Source: a virus (taxonomy: Duplodnaviria > Caudoviricetes). Taken from it: DNA of 49,690 nucleotides. Positions 34,438-43,952 of the stretch are shown piece after piece. The notes under the pieces were generated by a model. The model made no database searches. It saw only the letters and a list, made by a program, of their open reading frames with translations, and was not told the origin of the DNA. How positions within the stretch are numbered: position 1 is the stretch's first letter; the number at the start of each line of letters is the position of its first letter. A program made the position numbers and the translations under genes. The stretch lies in the IMG/VR virus record IMGVR_UViG_3300028585_000030, positions 1 to 49,690 of that record. The stretch is one strand, 5' to 3'.

Positions 34438-35370
34438 ATGTACACCTACCCCCCGGCCGCTCCGCGGCTGAACGAGGACCTGACTGCCGTCGAGGTTCAC
34501 CGGTTCCTGCAGACGCCCGAGCTCGTCGCTCGCCGTGCGCAGGAGCTGGCCCTGCACCGGTTCATCGCTGACTTCCTGCTCACGGGTCGGCTCCGCGCGC
34601 TCGGCGGCGTCGTCCTGTACGAGGACGGCACCGAGCCCCTGTTCGCGAACGACCGCAGCGAGGCGATCCCCGCAGGCGGCGAGTACCCCCTGACCAGCTT
34701 CGAGAGCAACCAGATGGCTGCCGCGCAGACGGTCAAGTGGGGCCTGGACCACGAGATCACCGACGAGAGCATCACGCGCCGGATCGACGAGCCCGTGACC
34801 AAGGCTTTCCGCGGCCTGACCAACACCCTCGTCCGCGACATCGACTCGATCGCGCTCGCCGTCATCGCGGCGCGCGTGCAGGCGACCGAGGCGGCCACCG
34901 CCCCCTGGGAGGACGACGGCAAGGCGATCATCAAGAGCGTGCTCCGCGCGAAGGCCCGCCGTGAGGCGGCCCTGGTCGGCGAGGCGTACGACTTCAACAC
35001 GATCGTCCTGCAGCCGGAGGCTCACGCGCTCGTGTCGGCCGAGCTCATCAACTCGGGGCAGCTCCGCGACCGCGGCTCGGACGCGATCGCTACGGGCGTC
35101 ATCCCGAACGTGCTCGGCCTCAACTGGGTCACGTCGACCCACGTCCCGTTCTCCGACCCCTTCTTCGTCGACCGCGACCAGCTCGGCGCGATGGCCGACG
35201 AGAAGATCGAGAGCCCCGGCTACGTCGCGGCTGACAACGGGGTCGGGATCGAGACGAAGGCGATCCGCAACGACGACAACGACAAGTGGAAGGTGCGCGC
35301 TCGCCGCGTGTGCGTCCCCGTCGTCACCAACCCGAACGCCGGGTTCCGCCTCACCGGTACGGGCCTCTAG
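34438..35370 (+). CDS. Major capsid protein
   Basis: Synteny; E.I..GGEYP, KWG....ITDE.I.R pattern of HK97-fold MCPs. Confidence 0.9.
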   Translation: MYTYPPAAPRLNEDLTAVEVHRFLQTPELVARRAQELALHRFIADFLLTGRLRALGGVVLYEDGTEPLFANDRSEAIPAGGEYPLTSFESNQMAAAQTVKWGLDHEITDESITRRIDEPVTKAFRGLTNTLVRDIDSIALAVIAARVQATEAATAPWEDDGKAIIKSVLRAKARREAALVGEAYDFNTIVLQPEAHALVSAELINSGQLRDRGSDAIATGVIPNVLGLNWVTSTHVPFSDPFFVDRDQLGAMADEKIESPGYVAADNGVGIETKAIRNDDNDKWKVRARRVCVPVVTNPNAGFRLTGTGL

Positions 35371-35396
35371 GCCCCCGAGAAACAGGAGAACAGATC

Positions 35397-35849
35397 ATGA
35401 CGAAGATCGTCACGGGCGCAGCAGTCGTCCTCAACATCGGCGGCGAGTCGCGGTACCTGTACCGCGGCTCGCCCGTCCCCACCGGCGCCGACAAGGGCGA
35501 CCTGGAGCACCTCACGAGCCTCGGCCTCATCGCCGACGAGTCGACCCCCGCGGGCGACGACGCCATCGACAACGCTCTCGCCGAGCCGTCGACGGCGTGG
35601 ACGGTCGAGCAGCTCCGCACCTTCGCGGACGGCAAGCAGATCGACCTCGGCAAGGCCCGCAGCAAGGTCGACCTCGTCGCCGCCATCAAGGAGGCGCGAC
35701 CGATCACCGACCCGACCGTCGTCGTCGTGCAGGCGCCGGCGACCCCGGCGACGCCCGGCGAGCCGAGCGGCGAGACCGAGCCCGCCACCGTCGACCCCGA
35801 CGGCGGCGAGACCAGCACCGAGACCGGCTCCACGCCGGCCGGCGAGTAG
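35397..35849 (+). CDS. Head-associated protein with small HeH/Rho-N-like motif
   Basis: AGGAGA RBS; PSTAWTVEQLR.FA....IDL....K.DL. Confidence 0.6.
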   Translation: MTKIVTGAAVVLNIGGESRYLYRGSPVPTGADKGDLEHLTSLGLIADESTPAGDDAIDNALAEPSTAWTVEQLRTFADGKQIDLGKARSKVDLVAAIKEARPITDPTVVVVQAPATPATPGEPSGETEPATVDPDGGETSTETGSTPAGE

Positions 35850-35863
35850 CGAGGAGGGGCGTC

Positions 35864-36349
35864 ATGCCGAACAACACCTGGACGAAGCCGACGGACATCG
35901 TCGCGGTGTGGCGCCCCCTTCGCCCGGCGGAGTCCGCTCGGGTCGCCGGCCTGATCGGCTTCGTCGAGCGGGCCATCCGCCGCGAGTGGCCCGACGTCGC
36001 GAAGTGGATCGCCGAGAGCCGTCTGAGCGTCGAGGACGTCCAGGACGTCGTCGTGTGGATGGTCCTGCCGATCCTCGCGCCCGACGTCGACCTGCCGGTG
36101 AACGCGAAGTCCTGGCAGGACACGAGCGGCAGTGAGTCGCGCTCCGTGACCCTCGACAGCCCGACGGGGCCGCGCCTCCTGACCTTCGCCCCGTGGATGG
36201 TCCGCGTGTTCGAGGGCGTCACGGGCGCGACGCCGGCGCCCACGGGCGGGCAGCCGGCCGGCGGTGGCTTCGGCGACCCCGGCTACATCGGCGGCCTGTT
36301 CGAGTCGTCGCAGATCGAGCGGAGGTGGCCCCGTGGCGCTGCACAGTGA
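35864..36349 (+). CDS. Head-to-tail adaptor
   Basis: GAGGAGG RBS; DI...WRPL...E..R...LI pattern; synteny. Confidence 0.75.
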   Translation: MPNNTWTKPTDIVAVWRPLRPAESARVAGLIGFVERAIRREWPDVAKWIAESRLSVEDVQDVVVWMVLPILAPDVDLPVNAKSWQDTSGSESRSVTLDSPTGPRLLTFAPWMVRVFEGVTGATPAPTGGQPAGGGFGDPGYIGGLFESSQIERRWPRGAAQ

Positions 36350-36659
36350 GACCGTGACCGTGATCGAGCGGACCGAGGACGGGGTCGACTCGCACGGCCT
36401 CCCGAAGATCACCACGACGCGGCACGTCGTCGAGCTCGTGAACGTGCAACCCCTCAGCGGCGACAGCGGCGACAGCCTCGGCGAGCACGTGCCGATCACG
36501 GGTCTCTGGCGCGTGTCGACCGACTCCCCGGAGGACTGGATCCGCCACGAGGACGCGGTCGAGTGGCGCGGGCAGACCTACGAGGTGTGGCGCGAGCCGT
36601 CGACCTTCTGGGCCATCAACCCCCACACGGAGTTCCTCATGACCAAGACGAGGGGGTGA
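36333..36659 (+). CDS. Head-to-tail stopper
   Basis: GGAGG RBS; VQP...D.VEWRG..YEV; synteny. Confidence 0.7.
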   Translation: MALHSETVTVIERTEDGVDSHGLPKITTTRHVVELVNVQPLSGDSGDSLGEHVPITGLWRVSTDSPEDWIRHEDAVEWRGQTYEVWREPSTFWAINPHTEFLMTKTRG

Positions 36660-36985
36660 CCGTGGCTACCCCGAGAGTCGTCGTCACGAAAGACCTCATC
36701 CGAACCGCCATGAACGACCCGGCGGTCCGGGCCGAGCTCCGCAGCCTCGGCCGCGCCGTCATGGACGAGGTCGAGCGGGAGGCGCGAGCCGCCGGCCTGA
36801 TCGAGTTCGCCGACGGGGTCCGCCTCGAGACCGGGCAGCGGCCCGGCACGAAGTCGCCCGAGGGCCTCGCCCGGCCCTTCGCCCGAGTACTCGTCGCTTC
36901 GGCCGACGCGCTACAGCAGGAGTACGGCGACGTCGGGGTCGAGAAGCAGGCCATCCTCCGCCGAGCCGCGGCGGCTTTCTCGTGA
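36656..36985 (+). CDS. Neck/tail completion protein
   Basis: EYG......ILRRAA C-terminus; synteny. Confidence 0.65.
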   Translation: MTVATPRVVVTKDLIRTAMNDPAVRAELRSLGRAVMDEVEREARAAGLIEFADGVRLETGQRPGTKSPEGLARPFARVLVASADALQQEYGDVGVEKQAILRRAAAAFS

Positions 36986-37377
36986 GGATCGAGGGCAAGT
37001 GGCCGAGCGCCGAGCTCGCGGTACTCCGGTGGCTCACCGAGCAGCTCGCGGCCGACGGCGGCCCGGCGGTCACCGTCCGAACCGAGCTCTCCGCGCAGTG
37101 GTCCGGCCTGACCGTCCTCGTCGAGCAGACCCCGGGCCGAGGAGGCGCCGCCTACGACGGGCTCGCGTCCGTCGACGTGACCGCCTTCGGCCCCGACCGG
37201 GTCGCCGTGGGCGAGCTCGTGGCCCGCATCGAGCCCCGCATGGTCGAGCTCCCCGGCCGAGGCGCCGTGATGATCGACGACGTCGAGCAGTCGCGGGCCT
37301 TCGGCTTCATCCCCTACGCCAACCCCGGCGTTCGGCGGTCCGTGGCGACCTACGTCCTCACGTCCCGCCCCCAATGA
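36982..37377 (+). CDS. Tail terminator
   Basis: Synteny before major tail protein; PY.NP.VRR..ATY. Confidence 0.7.
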   Translation: MRIEGKWPSAELAVLRWLTEQLAADGGPAVTVRTELSAQWSGLTVLVEQTPGRGGAAYDGLASVDVTAFGPDRVAVGELVARIEPRMVELPGRGAVMIDDVEQSRAFGFIPYANPGVRRSVATYVLTSRPQ

Positions 37378-37481
37378 CCGGACCCGGCACCCGCCGAGTC
37401 TGATCGGCCCCCGCGCACCGCGCGCAGGGGGCTCCACCCTGCCGACCGCACCCCCGCGGCCGGCCTTCCCAGGAGGTAAGA

Positions 37482-38141
37482 ATGTCCCCCGGAGCAACCG
37501 TCGCCGATCAGCTCGTCGACAACAACTCGCAGATCCGCAAGCACGGCACGCAGCTCATGGCGATCGCCGACGGCTCGGCCGCCGTGCCGTCGTCGTTCTG
37601 GTCGATCGACACGACCACCCGTGCAGGCAAGACCCTCGTTCTCCCGAACCTGCTCCCCGCGGGCTACGTGAACATGGGCTACATCACCACGGACGGCATC
37701 AGCGAGAGCCGCGACGTCGGCTCGTCCGACCTCAACATGGTGCAGGACATCGAGCCCGTGCGGTCCGACATCGAGACCCTCACGCGCACGCTGCAGGTCA
37801 CCTTCGGCGAGTCCTCGTCGTGGACGAAGGCGCTCGCGCACAACATCCCGGTGAAGGACTGGCCGGCGACGAAGTCGAGCTCGTTCGCCTACCACGACGG
37901 GGCGGTGAACGAGTTCCCGTACTACCGCATCCTGATCCTGACTCAGGACGGGGTGGGCGACGCCGCGGTGTACCGCGTCGAGTTCGCCTACCGCGCGAAG
38001 ATCACCGACATGGGTGACCGCACCCTCAACCGAACCGACGCGGAGACCACCCAGCGCACCTTCACCTGCTACCGGGACGAGGTCGTGGGCAAGTCCTACT
38101 CCGAGCTCTCGGAGCCGGCGGTGCGCAACACCACCGCGTAG
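37482..38141 (+). CDS. Major tail (tube) protein
   Basis: AGGAGG RBS; GYITTDGI, EPVRSD motifs; synteny. Confidence 0.85.
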   Translation: MSPGATVADQLVDNNSQIRKHGTQLMAIADGSAAVPSSFWSIDTTTRAGKTLVLPNLLPAGYVNMGYITTDGISESRDVGSSDLNMVQDIEPVRSDIETLTRTLQVTFGESSSWTKALAHNIPVKDWPATKSSSFAYHDGAVNEFPYYRILILTQDGVGDAAVYRVEFAYRAKITDMGDRTLNRTDAETTQRTFTCYRDEVVGKSYSELSEPAVRNTTA

Positions 38142-38230
38142 CGAGACCGGGGGGCGGCGGCTCCGTGATGGGGTGCGCCGCCGTCCCCCTCCCCACCTCA
38201 TCGACCTCATCAGAATCGGAGACACACACC

Positions 38231-38584
38231 ATGACCACCAACACCGACGCCAAGCGCAACGCCCGGTACTCCCGTCAGGCCGTCAAGGCCAAGCTTCAGG
38301 AGACCCTCAGCACCAACGGCTCGTTCGAGTACCTCATCAACGAGGACGACGAGAGCAGCCTGATCGTGCTCCCCCACCCCTTCTTCTACGACAAGGCGAC
38401 GAAGCAGGCCCTGAGCGAGCTCGCAGCCGACGACGAGGAGGGCCGCGCGAAGGTCCGCCTGGGCGAGGAGCAGTACGCCAAGCTCGTCGAGCTCGGCGGC
38501 GACGGAGCCGACATCGACATGGTCTACCTGACCGTCCAGCGCGACTCCCAGGACGCTCTCGCCGAGGGCCCTTCGAAGAAGTAG
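38231..38584 (+). CDS. Tail assembly chaperone (G-like)
   Basis: Between major tail and tape measure genes. Confidence 0.8.
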   Translation: MTTNTDAKRNARYSRQAVKAKLQETLSTNGSFEYLINEDDESSLIVLPHPFFYDKATKQALSELAADDEEGRAKVRLGEEQYAKLVELGGDGADIDMVYLTVQRDSQDALAEGPSKK

Positions 38585-39081
38585 AGGCCCGGGTCGGCGC
38601 GTTCCTCGCCGATCGCGACCCGAGAGACCCGGCCGCCCTCATGGTGCGTGCCGTGGTCCTCGGGTCGCTCGCCGACCTCTACTTCGACGAGCTCGAAGGC
38701 TCTCTGGCCGCCGAGTTCGCACCCCGGGACCCGCTCGCCGAGTTCATCCGGTCCGAGCTCTCTCTGCGCGCCCTGCGGGTCCTGGTCGAGACCCTCCCCG
38801 CGACGTCGTCCCTCGCCCGCGCTCGCGCCGGCAACACGTGGACCGACGCCGAGTGGATCGCGCACGACATCGACTGGCAGCTCCGGCAGCTCATCGCGCT
38901 CACCTACAACGTGAACAGCGAGAAGGGCAAGAGCGCGCCCGACCCGACGCCGCTCCCGACGCCCCTCGACGAGGGCAACATCGTCGACGCCGTCGAGCTC
39001 GAATACCGCGACCAGCAGCGCGCCGAGATGGACGCGCTGGCCGAACGCATGTTTCAACCCCCCGCAGCACTGACCGAATAG
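38566..39081 (+). CDS. Tail assembly chaperone extension (T-like), -1 frame
   Basis: Overlapping ORF in the -1 frame without its own strong RBS; LSLR.LRVL...LP..S...W...E motif. Confidence 0.7.
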   Translation, partial: GPFEEVEARVGAFLADRDPRDPAALMVRAVVLGSLADLYFDELEGSLAAEFAPRDPLAEFIRSELSLRALRVLVETLPATSSLARARAGNTWTDAEWIAHDIDWQLRQLIALTYNVNSEKGKSAPDPTPLPTPLDEGNIVDAVELEYRDQQRAEMDALAERMFQPPAALTE

Positions 39082-39092
39082 GAGGCCCGCCC

Positions 39093-42000
39093 GTGGCCGG
39101 TTCCGCCGTATGGGTCGACGTGCTCCCCTCCATGGGGAAGTTCTCGACCAACCTGACACGCGACGCGAGCTCGGCCGCGGCGACCGCCGGCGTGGCCGCG
39201 GGTCGCTCGTTCGACGGCGGCTTCGCCGACGCGAGCGGGAAGGGCTCGGCCGCCGGCAAGATTCTCGGCGGGATCGCCGGCGCGACCGCCTCCGCGGCGA
39301 AGGTCATCGGCGGCGGCATCGCCGGCATCGGCCTCGCCGTGGGCGGGCTCTCCGCGCAGAAGGGCCTCTCGAGGCTCCTCGACATCGACGACGCGCAGGG
39401 CAAGCTGAAGGGGCTGGGGCACTCCGTCGACGGCATCGCGACGATCATGGATAGCGCCCTGGCGTCCGTGAAGGGGACGGCCTTCGGGCTCGGGGACGCC
39501 GCGACGGTCGCCGCCTCCGCAGTCGCCGCCGGCATCAAGCCGGGGCAGGACCTGACGAAGTACCTCAGCCTCACGGCCGACGCCGCCACGATCGCGGGCA
39601 CCTCGCTCGACGAAATGGGCGCGATCATCAACAAGACGACGAGCACGGGCAAGGTCTACACCGACAACCTCAACCAGCTCGCCGACCGCGGCATCCCGAT
39701 CTTCCAGTGGCTACAGGAGGAGTACGGCACGAGCGCCGAGGGGCTCTCGAAGATGGTCAAGGAGGGCAAGGTCGACGCCGAGACCTTCCGCCGCGTCATC
39801 GAGGAGAACATCGGTGGGGCGGCCCTCGCCTCCGGGCAGACGGTCCGCGGCGCCTTCGCGAACACCGGTGCAGCCTTCGGCCGGCTCGGCGCGATGTTCC
39901 TGAAGGGCGGGGTGCAGGCCGCGCCCGTCCTGTTCACGGCCATCACCGGAGCCGTCGATCGCGCCGGGACCGCCCTGGCGCCCTTCGCCGACGCCCTCGG
40001 GGTCAAGGTCGTCGCCGGGCTCACGGCCGTCGCCGGATGGATCGACCGCGTCGACTTCCAGAAGATCGTCGACGGCGCCTCCGGGCTCTACGACCTCATC
40101 GTCGGCGGCGACTTCTCGGGCAAGCTCACGAACGCCTTCGGGTTGCAGGAGGACTCCGGCTTCGTCGACTTCATCCTGACCGCGCGCGACGCCATCTCCG
40201 GGCTCTACAGCCTGGTCGTGGGCGGCGACTTCACCGGCGCCTTCGCGCGGGCCTTCAACGTCGAGGAGGACTCCCCGGTCGTCGGCATGATCCTCGACGT
40301 CCGCTCCGCCTTCGGCGACCTGTTCTCGGCCATCGGCAGCGGCGACCTCGACGGGGCGAAGGCTGCCCTGGGCGGCATCGCCGACGCCGGCGGACCGCTC
40401 TCGTCGCTCCTCGGCAGCGCGGCCGGCGGGTTCGGGCAGATCGCCGGCGCCGTCGGCGACCTGTTCGTCGCCGGCCTGCCCCTGATCCCGGCCCTCATCG
40501 ACGCCGCGGCGCAGGTGATGGGCTTCCTGGCCGACAACAGCAGCCTGGTCCTCCCGATCATCATCGCGATCGCCGCCGGCTTCGTGCTCTACCGCACGAG
40601 TCAGGTCGCCGCGAACGCCGCGATGGTCGCCGGCCTCCCGATCCGCGTCGCCTCGATCGCCGCCGACGTCGCGCGCACGATCGCGCTCAACAACTCGACG
40701 AAGGCGACCATCGCGCAGATGGGTATCGAGAAGGCGTCGGCCGGCACCCGCATCGCGGCCACCGGCTCGATCACCGCGGCGACCGTAGCGACGAACGGGT
40801 TCGGCTGGGCGCAGCGCGCGTCCGCGGTCGCCTCCGCGATCGCCGCGGGCGGCATGCGCCTCCTCGGCGGCGCCGTCCGCTTCGCGCTCGGGCCGATCGG
40901 TCTCATCATCACGGCCGTCGGCCTGCTCGTCGCCGGAGTCATCTGGGCCTACAACAACGTCGGCTGGTTCCGCGACGGCGTCAACGGCGCTTTCGCCGGG
41001 ATCATGGTCGCCGTGCACGCCCTCGGCGACGCCGGGGTGTGGCTGTGGGAGAACGCCCTGAAGCCGGCCTGGGACGCGATCGCGGCCGGGGCGACCTGGC
41101 TGTACGAGACCATCCTCCGGCCGGCCTTCGACGGCATCTCGATCGCCGTGCAGGCGGTCGGCGCCGTCGTCGGCATCTACATCGGCGTCTGGGTGACCAT
41201 CTTCCAGGCGATCGGCACCGCGGCCGTCTGGCTGTGGCAGACCATCCTCGAGCCCGTTTTCTCCGGGATCGCGGCCGTCGTGTCGTGGTTCTGGTCCGTC
41301 GCCTCGGCCGTGTTCGACCTGCTCGTCCACGTCCTCGTGTTCGTGGTCGGCGCGGCCGTGACCTGGCTCTGGGAGTCGATCATCTCGCCCGTGTTCACCT
41401 GGATCGGTGACAAGGTCTCGACCTTCTGGCTCGGGGCGCAGATCGTGTTCGGGGCCCTGGTCTCGTTCGTCCGCGACACCCTCGGCGCCGTTTTCTCGTG
41501 GCTGTGGGACTCGATCATCTCCCCCGTTTTCACCTGGATCAGCAACCGCATCGACCTGTTCTGGACCGGAGCCCAGATCATCTTCGCGGCCGTGACGGGG
41601 TACGTCCGAGACACCCTCGGGCCGATCTTCACCTGGCTCTACGAGAACGCAATCCGCCCGGCGTGGGACGGCATCAGCTCGGCCATCTCGACCGTCTGGG
41701 GCTTCATCTCGCCGATCTTCGACAAGCTCAAGACCGTCATCATGACGGACCTGCCTAACGCCTTCACGACCGGACGCGACGCCATCGGCACCGCGTGGGA
41801 AGGGCTAAAGGAGCTGGCGAAGGCCCCGATTAAGTTCGTCGTCGACACGGTCATTAACGACGGGCTCATCGGCAACTTCAACAAGGTCGCGGACTTCTTC
41901 GGCTCGAAGAAGATACCGACGATCAAGCTCCCGGACGGGTTCGCCGGCGGTGGCATCATCCCGGGCTATCAGTCGCAGAAGCGCGACGACGTGATGATGC

Positions 42001-43061
42001 CTATGAGGCGGGGCGAGGGCGTCCTGGTCCCCGAGGTCGTCAAGGGCCTCGGCCCCGGGTTCGTCCACTCCCTGAACGCCGCGGGCAACCGAGGCGGCGC
42101 CTCCGCAGTCCGCTCGCTCGCCACCGTCCGCCCCGGCCTCGCCGAGGGTGGCATCGTCGGCGGTGCGATCGACTGGGTGCGCAACGCGGCCGACGCGGCC
42201 GGGCGCTTCGTGTCCGACCCGCTCGGCACGATGTCGAGTGTGATCGACGGCCTCACGGCGCAGATTCCCGGCGCCGAGGGGCTCGTCGCTCTCGCGAAGG
42301 GCGCCACGGGCAAGCTCGTCGAGGCAGCGGTCGACGCCATCAAGGGGCTCATGCCCTCAGGAGGCGCGGCCGGCGCGATCGGCAGCAACGGCAGCCTGCC
42401 CGCCGGCATGTTGCAGCGCGTGGCGAACTTCACCGGAGGCCCCGGCGTCGGACCCATGGGCGGCTACCTCCGCAGCGACGCCGCCCGGGCGCTGCAACTC
42501 GCCGAGTCCGCGAAGGGCGGGCCGCTCGCCCTGACCGAGGGCTACCGCGACCTCGCCTCGCAGCAGATGAGGTGGGCGCAGTTCCGGGCCGGCACGGGCA
42601 ACCTCGCCGCGGCGCCTGGCACCTCGAACCACGGGTACGGGCTCGCCGGCGACTTCGCCACGAGCGCCCAGGGGTGGCTCCGCACGAACGGGCCCCGCTT
42701 CGGGTGGTACCCGACGGGCCTCGGGTTCTCGCAGCGGGAGCCGTGGCACTTCGACTACAAGGGCAAGGCCGACACCTCCGCCGGGATGCACGAGGGCGGC
42801 GTCATCGAGCCGACCCTGTACGACGAGGGCGGGGTCCTGCCCCGCGGTGTCTCCGTGATCGCGAACCGCACTCGCAAGCCGGAATACAACCTGCCCGAGG
42901 GCCGGCTGATCGACGTCGTCCGCAAGGCGTCGGCCGCCGAGCTCGGCGAGCAGGGGCCCCTCATCGGGTCGCTCACCTTGCAGAGCTCGGGCGACCTCCA
43001 CGAGGACCTCGCCGAGGTCAACCACAACATCCGCACCCTCAGGAGAGGAGGTCGACCGTGA
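39093..43061 (+). CDS. Tape measure protein with C-terminal M15-family peptidase
   Basis: AGGAGG RBS; tape-measure N-domain (VKGTAFGL, LNQLADRGIPI), Trp-periodic repeats, GYR...PGTSNHGYGLAGD...EPWH. Confidence 0.92.
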   Translation: MAGSAVWVDVLPSMGKFSTNLTRDASSAAATAGVAAGRSFDGGFADASGKGSAAGKILGGIAGATASAAKVIGGGIAGIGLAVGGLSAQKGLSRLLDIDDAQGKLKGLGHSVDGIATIMDSALASVKGTAFGLGDAATVAASAVAAGIKPGQDLTKYLSLTADAATIAGTSLDEMGAIINKTTSTGKVYTDNLNQLADRGIPIFQWLQEEYGTSAEGLSKMVKEGKVDAETFRRVIEENIGGAALASGQTVRGAFANTGAAFGRLGAMFLKGGVQAAPVLFTAITGAVDRAGTALAPFADALGVKVVAGLTAVAGWIDRVDFQKIVDGASGLYDLIVGGDFSGKLTNAFGLQEDSGFVDFILTARDAISGLYSLVVGGDFTGAFARAFNVEEDSPVVGMILDVRSAFGDLFSAIGSGDLDGAKAALGGIADAGGPLSSLLGSAAGGFGQIAGAVGDLFVAGLPLIPALIDAAAQVMGFLADNSSLVLPIIIAIAAGFVLYRTSQVAANAAMVAGLPIRVASIAADVARTIALNNSTKATIAQMGIEKASAGTRIAATGSITAATVATNGFGWAQRASAVASAIAAGGMRLLGGAVRFALGPIGLIITAVGLLVAGVIWAYNNVGWFRDGVNGAFAGIMVAVHALGDAGVWLWENALKPAWDAIAAGATWLYETILRPAFDGISIAVQAVGAVVGIYIGVWVTIFQAIGTAAVWLWQTILEPVFSGIAAVVSWFWSVASAVFDLLVHVLVFVVGAAVTWLWESIISPVFTWIGDKVSTFWLGAQIVFGALVSFVRDTLGAVFSWLWDSIISPVFTWISNRIDLFWTGAQIIFAAVTGYVRDTLGPIFTWLYENAIRPAWDGISSAISTVWGFISPIFDKLKTVIMTDLPNAFTTGRDAIGTAWEGLKELAKAPIKFVVDTVINDGLIGNFNKVADFFGSKKIPTIKLPDGFAGGGIIPGYQSQKRDDVMMPMRRGEGVLVPEVVKGLGPGFVHSLNAAGNRGGASAVRSLATVRPGLAEGGIVGGAIDWVRNAADAAGRFVSDPLGTMSSVIDGLTAQIPGAEGLVALAKGATGKLVEAAVDAIKGLMPSGGAAGAIGSNGSLPAGMLQRVANFTGGPGVGPMGGYLRSDAARALQLAESAKGGPLALTEGYRDLASQQMRWAQFRAGTGNLAAAPGTSNHGYGLAGDFATSAQGWLRTNGPRFGWYPTGLGFSQREPWHFDYKGKADTSAGMHEGGVIEPTLYDEGGVLPRGVSVIANRTRKPEYNLPEGRLIDVVRKASAAELGEQGPLIGSLTLQSSGDLHEDLAEVNHNIRTLRRGGRP

Positions 43062-43939
43062 AGGACTGGACCCTCGCGTTCCCGAGCTCGGGCATCTACC
43101 AGGCCGAGGCGCTCACGTTCGGGTCGCCCCGCAGCCGGTACGTGATGACCGCGATGCCGGCCGTGGACTCCCCGGAGTTCACGACCGACGACACCTCGAA
43201 CGTCCGCGCCGACGGGATCACCTTCGGCACGGACGCCCTCGGGTCGACCACGGTCTCGTTCGCCCTCGAAACGAACGGGGTCACGGATGACGACGGGGTC
43301 GAGCTCTACGAGGAGCTCCGGCGGACGTGGCGAGCCGACGCGGTGCGGCTCGACCCGGGCAAGGTCGCCACCCTGACCTCGCACCACGGCCGGCGTGCGT
43401 TCGGGCGGCCGCGGCGCATCAGCCGTGACGCCCGGTTCTCGCACGTCGGCCGGTCCGCGGTGACCGCCGACTTCAAGACCGTCGACGACCTCTGGTATGG
43501 GCCCGAGCGGAGCGCGGAGGTGAAGCTGATCCCCGAGCTCGGGGGCGGCCTCACCGCCCCGCTCGTGGCCCCGCTGACCACCACCGCGTCGTCGGACCGG
43601 TCGACGTACATCGACGTCGGCGGCAAGCTGCCGACGTGGGCGACGATCGAGGTCTACGGCGACATCGTCCGCCCCGAGGTCGAGGTCGTCGGCGTGCTCC
43701 GCATGACGTGGGACCTCGCCCTGGCCTACGACCAGAAGCTCGTCGCCGACGCCCGCCCGTGGGTCCGCTCGATCCTGCGGAACGGCGAGAGCGTCGCCGG
43801 CTCCGTGTCGCGCGACTCGACGAGCATCCTCCGCCTCCTGCTCCCCCCGGGGCGCTACCCCCTCGCCCTCCGGGGCGCCTCACAGTCCGGCACGGCCCGC
43901 GCGATCGTGCGATGGTCCGACGCCTTCACCACCTACTAG
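43058..43939 (+). CDS. Distal tail (Dit-like) minor tail protein
   Basis: Immediately after TMP; WRAD..R..PG, GRPRR, D.RPW.R. Confidence 0.75.
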   Translation: MKDWTLAFPSSGIYQAEALTFGSPRSRYVMTAMPAVDSPEFTTDDTSNVRADGITFGTDALGSTTVSFALETNGVTDDDGVELYEELRRTWRADAVRLDPGKVATLTSHHGRRAFGRPRRISRDARFSHVGRSAVTADFKTVDDLWYGPERSAEVKLIPELGGGLTAPLVAPLTTTASSDRSTYIDVGGKLPTWATIEVYGDIVRPEVEVVGVLRMTWDLALAYDQKLVADARPWVRSILRNGESVAGSVSRDSTSILRLLLPPGRYPLALRGASQSGTARAIVRWSDAFTTY

Positions 43940-43952
43940 CAAGGAGCTCAAC

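Noticed and set aside
32299-35142. 947-aa minus-strand ORF and similar antisense ORFs over late genes
   Set aside because: Shadow frames of well-supported head genes; no RBS or domain signal
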